Below, one piece after another: positions 25,816 to 39,176 of a stretch of 64,000 nucleotides of DNA. The DNA comes from Octopus sinensis. Taxonomy: Eukaryota. The translations under genes were made by a program, and so were the position numbers. A model generated the notes under the pieces. That model worked only from the letters and a program-made list of their open reading frames with translations, was not told the origin of the DNA and searched no databases. The stretch is taken from the NCBI RefSeq assembly GCF_006345805.1, contig NC_043017.1:30256001-30320000 (forward strand). The letters are read 5' to 3'. The first letter of the stretch is position 1. Every line of letters starts with the position of its first letter.

Positions 25816-26128
25816 CAGTTATATATTTAAGAGATGAAGTATGAACATTATTTACATTTGACGGATATTTGTCCTCATCTTGTTTGTTGTTAACACAACA
25901 TTTCGGCTGATATACCCACAAGCCTTCATCAGGTGTCTTGGGGAAATTTCGAAACTTGGTTCGCATTCCTAAGATATAAATAACATCGAAAAATACCTTA
26001 AGAAAGAGAACCCAGTTTCGAAATTTCTCCAAGACACCTGATGAAGGCTGGAGGGTATATCAGCCGAAACGTTGTGTTAACAACAAACAAGATGACAAAT
26101 ATCCGTCAAATGTAAATAATGTAAATAA
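25816..26128. mobile_element. Palindromic PLE-like insertion, ~128-bp arms each carrying an HHR, inside an old SINE A
   Basis: Arms ~25845-25973 and ~25997-26122 are inverted copies. Flanked by the 13-bp direct repeat tgacaag(g/t)tatcg (25803-25815, 26129-26141), with SINE A remnants on both sides. Confidence 0.8.
26033..26078 (+). ncRNA. Minimal type I hammerhead ribozyme, intact core
   Basis: Stem I gacac/gtgtt, CTGATGA at 26038-26044 plus an extra A, stem II ggctg/cagcc with a 10-nt loop, then GAAAC-GTT with palindromic minimal stem III. Confidence 0.78.
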
Positions 26129-26669
26129 TGACAAGTTATCGGGTAGTGCGGAGACTTCCCTAAATGTGCCGCTTTCACAAGTAGTGGGACTACACTCGAA
26201 AAGATTCGTTTGCATATGTCCCTCTTCACCCGCGTGTCTTTACTTGTCCCTCATTTTCTTTGAAATTAAATCATAATTGCAATGATTTGTTATTGGCTTG
26301 ATCAGGCGGTCTGATAAAATTACATCTGGGCAGAACCAGAGCAACTATTTAAAATGCAAGTAAACCGATATATTTTCTCTTCATATATCTGTGCTAAGAG
26401 TGCAAAATTTTAGTATTTCTGTTAATGACACAGTTACATATACTTTACATAATAAATCTTTAATTGATGTTGAAGGATATGAATTATTAAGTATTATATT
26501 TCTTCATCGATGTCATATGTTTATACTTAATAATTAAGGTGAATGTTTATGCAAACTATATTTCAAAATAAAATTTACGCAGTAGGTGAAATTTCATTAT
26601 ATAAAACGATGAGGTGAAAAAAATCGATAAAATGTTTTTGAAATTTAAATTTCAAAATTTGGCACAATT

Positions 26670-27100
26670 CCTTCCTGGAAGATCCTGGTAGGAATTGTGC
26701 AAAATTTTGGCATTGAAAGCTACACAAATACCAGAAGGAATGACACTGCATAGTGCCAAAGATCCCAGCAATGCCATCACGCTTCAGGACCAGTTACTGC
26801 GACAGCCTGGGTTTCAAGGGCCCACAGTTTTTTAATATTCTCCCAATGAGTCTGAGGAACTTGCACAAAGTAGATGCAGGGGTTTTTAAATCAAAGTTGG
26901 ACCTCTTCCTGTCGAAAGTCCCAGATGAACCTACCTCACGGCAAGAGGTGCAAATGAGGGTAGCTATATCAAACTCCATTCTTGACCAAGTGCCACATAT
27001 TAGAGAAGGTTCTTAGTAATAACAGTGTAGCAAAATGGCGGTGCATCAGCTTGGCCGCAGCTCTGAGCTGAAACTATGGAGAAAAAGAAAATAAATAAAT
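26670..27100 (+). mobile_element. 3' end of CR1-group LINE (ORF2 C-terminus plus 3' UTR)
   Basis: WKILVGIVQNFGIESY...SLGFKGPQFFNILPMSLRN...FKSKLDLFLSKVPDEP...SNSILDQ, followed by the tail ggcggtgcatcagcttggccgcagctctgagctgaaac and an A-rich end. Confidence 0.85.
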
Positions 27101-27169
27101 ATTTCAAATTTAGTTAAATTTCGGGGGAATATTTAAGGAGATTATATCATCTGCATTCTTCAACTTGTT

Positions 27170-27375
27170 GTTATTTTAGCCACCACGAGGGAAACAGATG
27201 TAAATTCGACCTCGAATGAATTTCAAATCAGTTCGTGTATATTTATTTCATAGATCTCGAAAGGATGAAAAGTGAGGTCGTCCTCGAGGGAAATTGAATT
27301 CTGGAGGTAAAAACGGACGAAATGCTGCTAAGCATTTTGTCCGGCGTACTAATGATTCTGCCAGCTTGCCTCCTT
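27170..27375 (-). mobile_element. SINE family B, old fragments
   Basis: gaaaggatgaaa...cggacgaaatgctgctaagcattttgtccggcgtactaatgattctgccagcttgcc. Confidence 0.75.
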
Positions 27376-28591
27376 GAGAAAATTGAAATATGAAACATTT
27401 ATTTAATTAACTGAAATGATTACACCACATTTAATATTTTTTTTCTTCAACACTAGTATTTAAATATTTAAATAGATTTGAATTGCGGCAGCATCAGAGT
27501 GCCGGTCAAAATATTTTACTTTATATCGGTATGGTGAGATTTACATACTCTCTTCTCCTTTTTCAGATTACATATGAATCACATCTTAAAGTGTTTTGAA
27601 ATTTGAAATAGCACGTGTGTAATTTTCCTAATTATTTGATTTGGAATTCGATATAGACTATAAATTTTGTATTTAGTTACGTCTCCTAGATTCTGATTTC
27701 ATATTGACAATAATTTATAGCTGCTATTTCCTTTCTGACTTCCTCTGTCAATAAGTTTAATACTCGCAGAAGGGGAATTAACGCTTATTTGGCTCTAGTA
27801 TTTCTTCATTAACAGCAACGCACAACATACAAAGATCGGAACTGAATACCAGAATCGTGAGGTCTCCAGGCAACCATCAGGTACGCTGACACCAAAAGAC
27901 AGGACTGTTACGTCACTCGAAATGAAGTTCATTTCGCTTGCCCAATTGATTAATAGAAAATAATCACTTGTTTTAATGTTGTGTTTCGAACCCTTAGTAC
28001 TTGGTACCAATTTAGAACACATTAGGACATAATTCATTACACTGATCGCTCTAATCATTAATTGCATTGATTGGTTTTCGTTTAATCAACCCATGAAACA
28101 TAGGAGGTAAAGTGGAACTGAATGTCTTTGAAAATAATTGCGTCAGATAACTCCAAATGTTTAGTCGTTAGAACTATAACGACAGAACTCTTACTCACCT
28201 ACCATTTTGCCAATATAAGCGAAATTAATTGCATGATATCACTCATAGGTAAATCATGCCATGCACTTATTAAACTCATAAACACTATTTCTCTCTCTAT
28301 GTTTGCGGATATGAGTGTCTAGCAGTTTGTATATGTTCTTGCGAAGGGGTGTGCTGTTTTATATATGTCCGCTGTCTTTGATTTTATGCATATGTAATAT
28401 ATTTAGCATTAGATGATGTTTTCCGTTCTGTTTCTATCAGTAAACTGAAATTCACTTTGATAAAATATATGAATGCAATGATTGAGAAATATTTGTCCAA
28501 ATTGTATATTAGGAGGTGAAAAGATTATCTTGATCAGGGTCATAAAACTATCAAATGAAGTAGGTAGATTTTAATAATCTGGTTACGTTTG

Positions 28592-28640
<49 letters not shown>

Positions 28641-28660
28641 CATATATACATGTATGTATG

Positions 28661-28691
<31 letters not shown>

Positions 28692-28849
28692 TATACACAT
28701 GTGTGTGTGTATGTATGTATGTATAAATATACCTGTGTGTGCATGGGTCTGTGTGTATATATATATATATATATATGTCAATATTTTTGTACTACTGATG
28801 ACTATACTATTAATGACGATACTATTAAGCATGATTTCACAGAGTAACA

Positions 28850-29430
28850 CGACATGCTAGAAATAGAAGTCAAATAACCACCAAATCGTATACTACAGTT
28901 CTTAACCAACTGAGACGCACACAATGTTCTACGGCTACTACATATAAAAGGAAATTCTTTGTTTTTGAGCTTTTTAACGCTTTCACCACCATAAGTCTTA
29001 TCATGCTAGAAATAGTTGCTAAAGATACTTCAATTCACAGCTCATTGCATTATAATTAGGAATTAATTACTTAGATTACTTGGTGCTGAACATAGAAAAC
29101 TGCGGAATGGTTACGGTCATGGTCACGCTCTCAGAACTGACATAGTGCCAATGCACAAGAACCGCAGAGAGACTCTGATTCAACTCATTTGCCTCAATTA
29201 TTTTACTCTAGATATAGCAGCCAAGCCTTCCACATCTTATATGTTATCATCTTGAAAGGACGGATACATTTGTCAAATTATTTATTGCGCTGCAATGCCT
29301 GACGACAAAACCGAATATACATGGACGCAATGATTTTGATAAAATGTTTGCCTATCTGAATTTAAACAGCAGAAGCTAACCATTTAGTGCCATCTTGGCA
29401 GCTCGACTTATTAAAAATAGCAGCCACGTC
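28850..29430 (+). repeat. Degenerate array of a TGCTAGAAATAGCAGCCAAA-like motif
   Basis: Variants at ~28855, 29003, 29208 and 29410, also at ~19851, 19974 and 32060. Confidence 0.5.
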
Positions 29431-29959
29431 TCCATAAAACTTCACATCATTACAAATAAAGCATAAATAATACGAAGTTACCACTTGATAACGTATCCCA
29501 AATTTCATAACAACTAGGAAATTATACCGAAGTATCCTCAGCCAGAATACCTGTCATCCTAAATCAGGTTGATCACAACGTCATCATTAACGAATACTCA
29601 AAACCTGGCACTGCCCTTACACGACATGCATTCCGTAGTGAGTGAGGCACCTTACTTGTAGACTAGTACAGTAGCAGCTAGTGTTTGCAGGTGTAAGAAA
29701 TGCAAGTAATACATAGAGTTAATTAGAAAGGCGTTGCTGAGAATATTCAGTAATCAACAAGGAAAAATAAATTGCTATATTTAATTATGTCTAAGGCGGC
29801 AAGCTGGCAGAATCGGACAAAATGCTTAGTGACATTTCGTCAATCTTCATGTTGTGAGGTTCGAATTCCGTCGAGGTCGTTAAAATAGGTGACTGTTAAA
29901 CAGCGAGGCTAATGTAATCGAATTAAACCGTCCCCCAAAACTGCCCGCTTGTAATAAGT

Positions 29960-30147
29960 TATTATTATCATTAATATTATTATTATTATCATCATTATCA
30001 TCATCATTATTATTATTATCATTAATATTATTATTATTATCATTAATATTATTATTATTATTATCATCATCATTATTACCATCATCATTATTACCATCAT
30101 CATTATCATCATCATTATCATCATCATCCTTATTATTATTATTAATT
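29960..30147. repeat. (ATT/ATC)n trinucleotide microsatellite following an old SINE B (29792-29950)
   Basis: Direct reading of the sequence. Confidence 0.95.
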
Positions 30148-31942
30148 TAATCATGTAAAAGTCCGTATGTATCGATCAATATTTTATTTAGTTTATTCAA
30201 TTTTTCGATTCTGTCAGCTCACAGTCTTATAGTTAAAATAGCGTCACATATAATGTGAGATCTTTTGGTGCATGACTGACTGCTCATTGTGTATATATCT
30301 GCAACACTGACTCATGTCAGATGACTAAATACCGTGTATACTAAAATATGATACCGTGCATTATATAATATTAGCTGATATTTTGAGAGAAATGTCGATA
30401 AAAAACGGACATTTTTTAAGCTATAATAAGAAGGATATAGCCATAAGCTTGTAAATCTTTCATGGATTTTATAATGTTAATCTTCACACTTCCCGGAAGG
30501 TAGAACTGGAACAAGTTTCGGAGAAAAAATCGCTAATGTCAAAGCCTTTGCTCTGCTGCACTGCATGCTGTAGGTGATAGGCACCTCTCTCTCAAATACA
30601 CATCATAACGTTTGCATCAGGAAAGACGATATTGAATAGTAGTATTAAATGTTGAAGATAGTACATAGTAACCAGCTTTCTCCATACTGAAATGCTTGCA
30701 AAACAATGTTCGCTACACAGCAATATGGAGACAACGATTCGACAGGTTGTTGAATAAATATATTAAAGCGAAACGTATCAAATCTTGGTTTACTCTAGCA
30801 TCAGTTAATTACAGAAGATATTGATTCCTAATATTAGGTAGAAGTCCAGAAATTTCAGGTGAACGATAAGTTTATTATATCGACCCCAGTGTCCAAGTGG
30901 TACTTAGTTTATTGATCCTGGAATAATAAAAGACATTGGCGGAATATGAAATCTGAACGTAAACATGCACAAAATACCTCAAAGCATTTGGGCTTGCATG
31001 TGTACTAACGATTCAACCAGATCGCCACGTTTGTACATACAAATAATATTTTCTATGAATTATTATAGGGAGAAATCGGCTCTTTCATCTTGCATATTTA
31101 TCTATTTTGGAATAATTTTTGAGAATTTAATATCAAGGGAAATGCTGCATACTACAACATCGTAAAGTCACTGGCTTTAAAATGAAACTTTGCCACTTCA
31201 GAAATACATTAAAAAATTCATAGTGAGCATAGAGGCTTCAAAGATTCATAGAGAGATTTTTAAAATAGTTAATAAAAACTAACCTTTGTATTATAGTTGT
31301 GAATGTGGCTAGCTGTTTACATCAACTCAAGCGTTCAAATGGAAATTATAATTTCGACCGACAAGAGGGAACGCAAATCAATTAAGGCGGAATTTCAGCA
31401 TACTACAATGCAAAGCCGGAAGAATGCTCCTAAGCGTTTTGTGAGACAACGTAACGAGCAGAAGTGAAAGATCACAAACCAATAGTATCATTTGTAGTGT
31501 CAACTGTGTCAAACTGCAAATTGCATGATTAATTATAGGAATTCATTGACTCAGAATTTAAGCAAAATGGATCACACTCCTGTACACATGCAAACACGCT
31601 CACATGAATACTTGTACATTTACATACACTTGCAAACGCACAAGTATGTATGTAGGTATAAATATGACAAATTTAGGTTAGTTGAAATATATTCGTGACA
31701 TATTTCAACCGCTAAGAGGCAAAGACACTGCAGGTAGCGTGGAAAATATATCTCTTTCACGGTAAAACTGTCTGAAAACACTCGGTTCGTTCAGTGACGA
31801 CATCTATTAGGAATCCCAGTCACCGATGTTTCAAGCTCCTAGGCTCTTGTCGATGAGGTGTACCTAAGAGTGACAACTCTGAACGAACTTATAAAGCTAT
31901 AGCTTTATGTATAATTTCATCATCTACGTTGACTAATTTGTG

Positions 31943-32016
<74 letters not shown>

Positions 32017-32199
32017 AAAGGGCTTAGTAAAATAAATTACTTTGCCGCATACTGAACTCATTAGAAATAGCAGCTAAAAAAACTTTTTTAAAACTATTTC
32101 TAATACTTAAAGAAAACCTCTCTCATATAGTGTTTGCTCAATTCAACTCACACAAAGTATGGGGGTAAAGACATTAAAAAATCAAATGCAAAGGTTATT

Positions 32200-32251
32200 T
32201 GAGAACGTACGTTTCAAGATTAGTCAACTCGACACTCCTATCATCAGCTCA
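32200..32251 (-). ncRNA. Type I hammerhead ribozyme in a (TA)n-flanked module (32012-32639)
   Basis: Minus strand tgag-CTGATGA-t-agga...tctt-GAAAC-gtac-GTT-ctca: 4-bp stem I and palindromic stem III aacgtacgtt. Confidence 0.72.
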
Positions 32252-32465
32252 GAACTCCTTGTTTGGATTTGAAAACACTGAAAGTGGGAGCATACCCTTT
32301 CGGCTTCTTATCGCTTCTGAAGATCTGCTCGAAACTAACAGTGCCAGCAAACTCAATATGCAAGCGAAGCATTTCTGCTCTCCCCTTTCCACCAGCGTGG
32401 GTTAAAATCAGTAAACCTATGCTTTTTTCGGTAAAATCCGAGGCATTAAATAGAGAGAGATGAAT

Positions 32466-32639
32466 TATAATTTCAACAATTGAGGGTAAAATAATTAATT
32501 AATCAATTTCACCAAATATTCAGTATGCAAAGGGACCATTTAAGGCGAATTCAATTCGCCTTAAATGGTCCCTTTGCATACTGAATACTTGGTGAAATTG
32601 ATTAATTAATTAATTTTACCCTCAATTGTTGAAATTATA
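32466..32639. repeat. Near-perfect palindrome, 86/87-bp arms, 1-nt spacer
   Basis: Centre ggcgaatt-c-aattcgcc at 32552. The arms differ by one substitution and one indel. Confidence 0.95.
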
Positions 32640-33159
32640 TATATATATATATGATGGACATTCCGGTGAAGACGACGTATGAGTATTGTTCTGGCTTGCC
32701 GTACAAATGACCTGTACAAATGATTTATTTATAGCGTTCAAATCGCCAATCAAAGTGAGGTGAAGTGTTTTGCTTAAGAACAAAATTCACCATCCGGTCT
32801 AAAAACTGAAAATATGATATTGCGATAGTGAGTGCAGCACCCTAACCACTCGGCCATACACCATCCTAAATGTGCTTGCATATGTTTGTGTGTATGTATT
32901 ACATAAAGCAAGCTATCCACTGGTTAGCTTCACTTCTGACTGTTTTATATAGGACGTAAATATTGTGTTATAGTTTCGAGGAGAGAATCGCATACGCTTC
33001 CATTTAAGATGCACAATAAACTGGGAAACTGCCAGTCAGAAGCTTCCTTCATCTTTTATCCGCAAATAGAAAAGATCCAAGGAAAGTATATAGTCTTCTT
33101 TTCCTCTATATACAGGTATATATACGGCTATGTATATCTAGAGATGTTTATAAATGTTA

Positions 33160-33731
33160 TATATACATATATATACGTACACATATACATACACACACAT
33201 ATATATATACACACACGCATACATATATATATATATATATATACACACGCATACATATATATATATATACACACGCATACATATATATATATATATACAC
33301 ACACGCATACATATATATATATATATATACACGCATACACATATATATATATATATACACACGCATACACACATATATATATATATATACACGCATACAC
33401 ATATATATATATACACGCATACACATATATATATATACACGCATACACATATATATATATATATATACACACGCATACATATATATATATATATATATAC
33501 ACACGCATACATATATATATATATATATATACACACACGCATACATATATATATATATATATATACACACACACGCATACATATATATATATATACACAC
33601 ACGCATACATGTATATATATATATATACACACGCATACATGTAATATATATATATATATATACACACGCATACATATTATATATATATATATACACACGC
33701 ATACATATATATATATATATATATACACACG

Positions 33732-33784
<53 letters not shown>

Positions 33785-33880
33785 GCATACATATATATAA
33801 TATATATATATATATATACACGCATACATATATATATATACACACGCATATATATATATATATAATATATATATATATAT
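33160..33880. repeat. Compound minisatellite [ACACGCATAC(AC)(AT)n]n
   Basis: More than 20 units, read directly. Confidence 0.95.
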
Positions 33881-33991
33881 GCGCACATGTGCGCGCGTCG
33901 TGTGTGAGGATGTGTATGAGTGCCTGCATATGGTTTCAAAGAAACATAAGGATTTTAGTGTGTATTTATGCATTATGTATGTACATGCGCA

Positions 33992-34029
<38 letters not shown>

Positions 34030-36450
34030 AGTGTGGATGCACGTATGGAAGTATGGAAATATTTTTTTTCTTAGATGTAGATAAGTTAGGTGTGAAAGCA
34101 AAAAAAAAAAAAAAAAAAAAAAAATGCTCGCGGATAAACCATTGCAGTAACATAAATCTTCGATTATTCGCTAACAGCAAATTTCGAAAATAAAAGCAAA
34201 ACCAATGGAAAAGAAAGCAATACAAACAAAAACCTGAAGTAAAAGAATAAAAATACAAAGCAAAAAAAAAAATCATATCTTTCTTTACTTTCCATTGAGA
34301 CAAATGAGGATGCATAGGATATAATGTCATTCAATGATGGAAATATATAAAAGGCTTATCTCATAAGAAAGGAGTAAGTAGGCTTTGGGATATAATAATA
34401 ATATTGATTACTTTTAGATACACAAGCTCCTTACATATACTGAAGAAAGCAAGGAGAGAAATGTCTACACTACGGCCTGATTCAAGCGAGTTAGCGATGA
34501 CATATAAGTAAAATGAATGGTATTTTGGCTGTGCATTAAAAACCAATTGCAAGTCTTGCTTTTACTCAACGTTGCTAAATATTAAATTGTCGCTAAGGCA
34601 CAATATCACATTTTTATTTTATGAAATATTCACAATCGATCGAATCCCTGAACCTCTGCAGTATATATTCATAACATGTCATTATTTAATAGGGTCGAAG
34701 GCTGCGGATTGGCTTAATCCTTACAACGTTCGGTAAAATGCTACGTGGTCATCCTTTCAAAGTTTAACGTTCTGAGTTCGTATTGCGTCCAAATATTGCT
34801 TTTCATCGCGGGGTCGATAAAAGAAATTAAAATAAGGTCCCAGTCAAGTACTGTGGAGATGGTAAAGATTTATCCTCATCGTTCAAACTTTTTAGTCTTG
34901 TGCGAAAATGCCATCTACCTCAGGACTTGTCGGGTACTTTATTGACAAAAGTTGACCTCAGCAAGATTTGAGCTAAAAGCATAAATGACCGGAATAAATA
35001 CAGCAACGCATTTTTCTCGATTTCTTAAATTGGGACAAAGTCATTGATTTTGCAACAACCATTGCTTAAAGCGATTGGTACGTTGTGTTCTTGAGCAAAA
35101 CACTTCATCTGATGTTGCTCTGCGGTCACTTCGACGCAGGGTTACCATCGATTTGATGGAGGATCTGAGCTAATGTATATCTACTATAAACAAATCATTT
35201 GTGCTGGTCGTTCAGCAAAAACTGAACACTCATACGAGAGTCCATCACTCAGCGCGAGAGTCCATCATCATCATCACCATCAACGTCATCATCATCGCCG
35301 TCACGTCACCATCTTCGCCGTCATCATCATCATCGCCGTCATCATAATCCTCATCATCATCACCAATATTGTTGCTGTTATTATTGTCAAGTCGGTTTCT
35401 TAATCAGTTCGAGGAAGAGACAGAAACGGCATGATGGGCTGAACAAATTGAAAACTGCTAACATTTGTGAGTGTCTTCATTGGTTAGAGCTGGAAATAGA
35501 AACCGTTTCTTCTTTTACTTCTACTTTCTGTCCCTCACAGATTCAAACGCTGCATTTGTATCTCCCCTGCTTCCTTACTGTGTGGGTTTCCTTCTCTAAT
35601 CTGTTTTCCCTTTTTTGCTATTCTGTTTTTCACACACCTCTAAATTTTAGCAACTACTTTCTTCCATTGACAGTGTAAAATCATTCAAACTAATCTATTA
35701 TATTTTGTGACTAATAGTTAATAGATCCCTGGTTTCGATTCCCGGCATGGGAAAGCCTATTTTTTTTAAACGGTGAGCTGAAGACATCATTAGAATGCCG
35801 TTTGATATGCTTGGCTGCATTTCATCCATCTGCAAGTTCTAAGTTGAAATTTCACCGAGGCCGATTTCACCGTCTCGGGGTCACTAAAATAAGCTCCAGT
35901 TGGACATTGGGATCAATGAAAGAGTCTTAGCGTGGCCTTGAAAATTGTTGGCCTTCTGCCAACACTTTTAACCATTATTTAATGGAACCTAGTGGACTGA
36001 AAACATCTGTGTGCATGACAGAACATTTGGATTTACTCTTCCTCAAAGCAAACTAGTTTCTTCCATATTTCAATGATTGAAATACGAAGTCCGGTAATAT
36101 TTGGACTCAAAATATCATAGCGAAATACCTGCTAATATTGATGCGTTACATATTCCTAGATTCAGTTACCTATCAATTGAAGATGAAGTATACGGCATAA
36201 GATTAATTGGTACAGTGGTTTCGAATTTATGATGTCAACTTCATTTCCCACAGTCTTATACTGGTATAGCAGTATAAAATTGCTGGTATACCAGTATAAG
36301 TTTGCTAAAACCAGCTACATTTTGGAAAAACTTTACACCTAACTACCCTGTAAAAAGGTATGACATATTAGGTAATATATTTGAAAGTATCCTGCATATG
36401 ACGAAATGGTTTTCAGTGGAATGTCTAAGCGACTATTGTTTTCTGAAACT

Positions 36451-36640
36451 AAGCTCCACATCGGTAATGGTTGAATTAGACATTTTGAAGGGCGTCCGTC
36501 CAGTTCTTTTCCCATGCAGTGTGCATTTAAGACTGCATTGTATAATGTGTTATCAGTTCCTTCCCTGACCCTTTTTAGATGCAAGTATTTTATCTGGAGT
36601 CAATTTTATCCCAGCTACAACATTGAACTACTTTTGCAAG
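36451..36640. repeat. ~190-bp direct duplication (second copy 38329-38520)
   Basis: aagctccac...tacttttgcaaga occurs twice, 1.88 kb apart, at roughly 90% identity by eye. Confidence 0.9.
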
Positions 36641-37492
36641 AAGAGGTGAATTGATACGAAATAGTAATTTATGGAAATAGTTATCAAATAACTTTCAATT
36701 TATAAACGACCACCCTGAGAAGGAAAGTTTATAGACTGGACACCAAAATACATATATATATAGAAGGAATTTGGTTATAAACCTAAACGAACATGGTTTA
36801 TTCGCCAAGAAAAGGCACTAAATAAATTCTGGAAATCGTATTAATGACGTAATCTCTACAGGGTCTGTTTGTCGGCTATGAAAAGCAACCATTTTGACAT
36901 CATTTCGCATTGTACTAAAATTTTTGAAATGACTGATGGTTACTTTAAATTTAGTTGTGATGCGAGCATGTGTCCTCGTTCAGAACTAACCTGAGGTCAA
37001 ACACCTACAATAACAAAAGCAACATTAACTCAGACTACTACAAGGAGAGCCTAGATGATAGTAAAACACTTAAAAGATGGTAATATTTTTTCCTGTTGAC
37101 AATAAATCAATACATATAATTTCAAAAGCTTCCGTTGAAGAGAGTTTAATGTGTCTAGCTTGTCTGCTGTTCGTCTTTGGAATCATAATATGCGGACGTC
37201 ATTTCAGTATAACATAACTCACGCACCATTTAAAATGTTATAGAAACAAAACCAAACAAAAGTCAGATGGTGTGAGGAAAACAGTCATTTACAATTCTTT
37301 GAACGGTGGCCCTGCAGTGCAGACATCTCCAAAGATAGTAAAAGATACTATGTATCAGATTAATGTGTTAGCTTGGTATACAATATATACGAATATTTCG
37401 TGAACCTTTATGTAAAAAGATATATTGTGGTACAAAATATACGACAGCTATACTACACGGCAGATTAACTAATAACACAGACACGAATAGGA

Positions 37493-37539
<47 letters not shown>

Positions 37540-39176
37540 ATATATATACCTAATGTAAAATATTCTACAATAAATTTTCGGGAACCAGGTGCAGTTTATT
37601 GACAAACGAACTTGTATTAAATTTATGAAGAAATTACCCAAAATGAAAGATAGTTTTTCTCAGTATTTTATAGCCCTTCCCTGTTTTATATAGTATACTA
37701 ACTGTCACCCATTTGCGCATTACTTGATCATTAACCCATTATTGGAATTTTTCTTTTGAAACATCTTTTGCATTCATACCAGGGCTTTGAGTGATACATT
37801 CTTTTACGAATTTGTTTACGTGAGTTCTTGTTGAGTTTTGTAATACCTTGCTTGAAGGTTATGAGCTCAACCTCGTGGAAAAGATTCTTTTTAACTATCA
37901 GTTCCTCCTGTGGCCAAAAGAGACAATAGACTTTTCATATACTTGCCATTTTTGTAGTTCGTCTCTCTATCTCAAAGCAAAAAAAAAACAAAAACGAATG
38001 ACTCCAATCCACCTCAGATATTTTAGTATTAAGAACACATATATCTGTCTTGTAGCATTTAATTTCCTGAGATCATATTATGGCAAACATACAGTTTCTT
38101 CATTTTCGCGTAAACCTTTATCCCAGCGTGCCATGGATCATTAAACCTATTACACTTTTCTGCACAATGATCTTCTCCGAGTTCGCGAAAATATATAATC
38201 ACATTTTAGAAAGAATCACTTCAATCTTTACGGTAACTCTTGCATTATTATAACTATTCATAGTAGAAGTAGTGGCGGCAGCACCAGCACCAGTAGTAGT
38301 AGTAGTAGTAGTAGTAGTAGGTCTTGTAAAGCTCCACGTCTGTAATGCTTGAATTAGACATTTTGAAGGGCGTCCGTGCAGTTCTTTCTACCATGTAGTG
38401 TGCAATTAATACTGCATTGTCTAATGTGTTATCAGTTCCTTCCCTGACCCTTTTTAGATGCAAGTATTTTATGTGGAGTCAATTTTATCCGAGCTACAAC
38501 ATTGAACTACTTTTGCAAGATCCACCGATAGTAGGGTCGTGTGTCAATGGTATTCTGGATACTCTGAGCCTTTCAATGCTACTCAAAAGAATTTGTAGCC
38601 CAAGCTCTAGTAAATACTTCGTAGCAAAGAGTTTATAACCCAGTGTTGCCTTTCCCTTAAGCACCAACAACATTTTCAGCTGCCAATAAATATTAACTTT
38701 TCAGAAAATTCGGTGTCATCGAAAGATGGATTACTGCTCTGGTCCAAGACTATATTACTCCAAAACTGATTTATTGACATGGAATAGTTTCTCAGCAAAT
38801 CCCGATATTTGGCTCACATTCTGGTTGTTTTCTCACTCCGTGAGTAACACCGCCACGACTACTACTACTACAGTATATCTACACACAGTCCCTCCTTTTC
38901 TCATCAGCTATACTTTTGCCAGCATTGCAATGTCCCGTACGTAACCATAATGAAGTCATTTTCCTCCCCATTCAATCATACTTGAGGCGTCAACATTGAG
39001 TTACTCGCCCGGTAGAATCAACCCTGTCGATTCCTTCAGAGAATGCCTAGATAAATCCATTTAGAAAATGAACTTGTTTCTTATTTGGAGACGAAGGGGA
39101 AAGTACGAACTTAAACCTAATATGTTGAAGTACACTGAATCAGTTATTTATGATTTAACTCTTTAACAAGTGAACC

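Noticed and set aside
33009-34330. Long ORFs of 179-306 aa in several frames
   Set aside because: They are translations of an (AT)n/ACACGC minisatellite (YIYI/HTHT), open on both strands.
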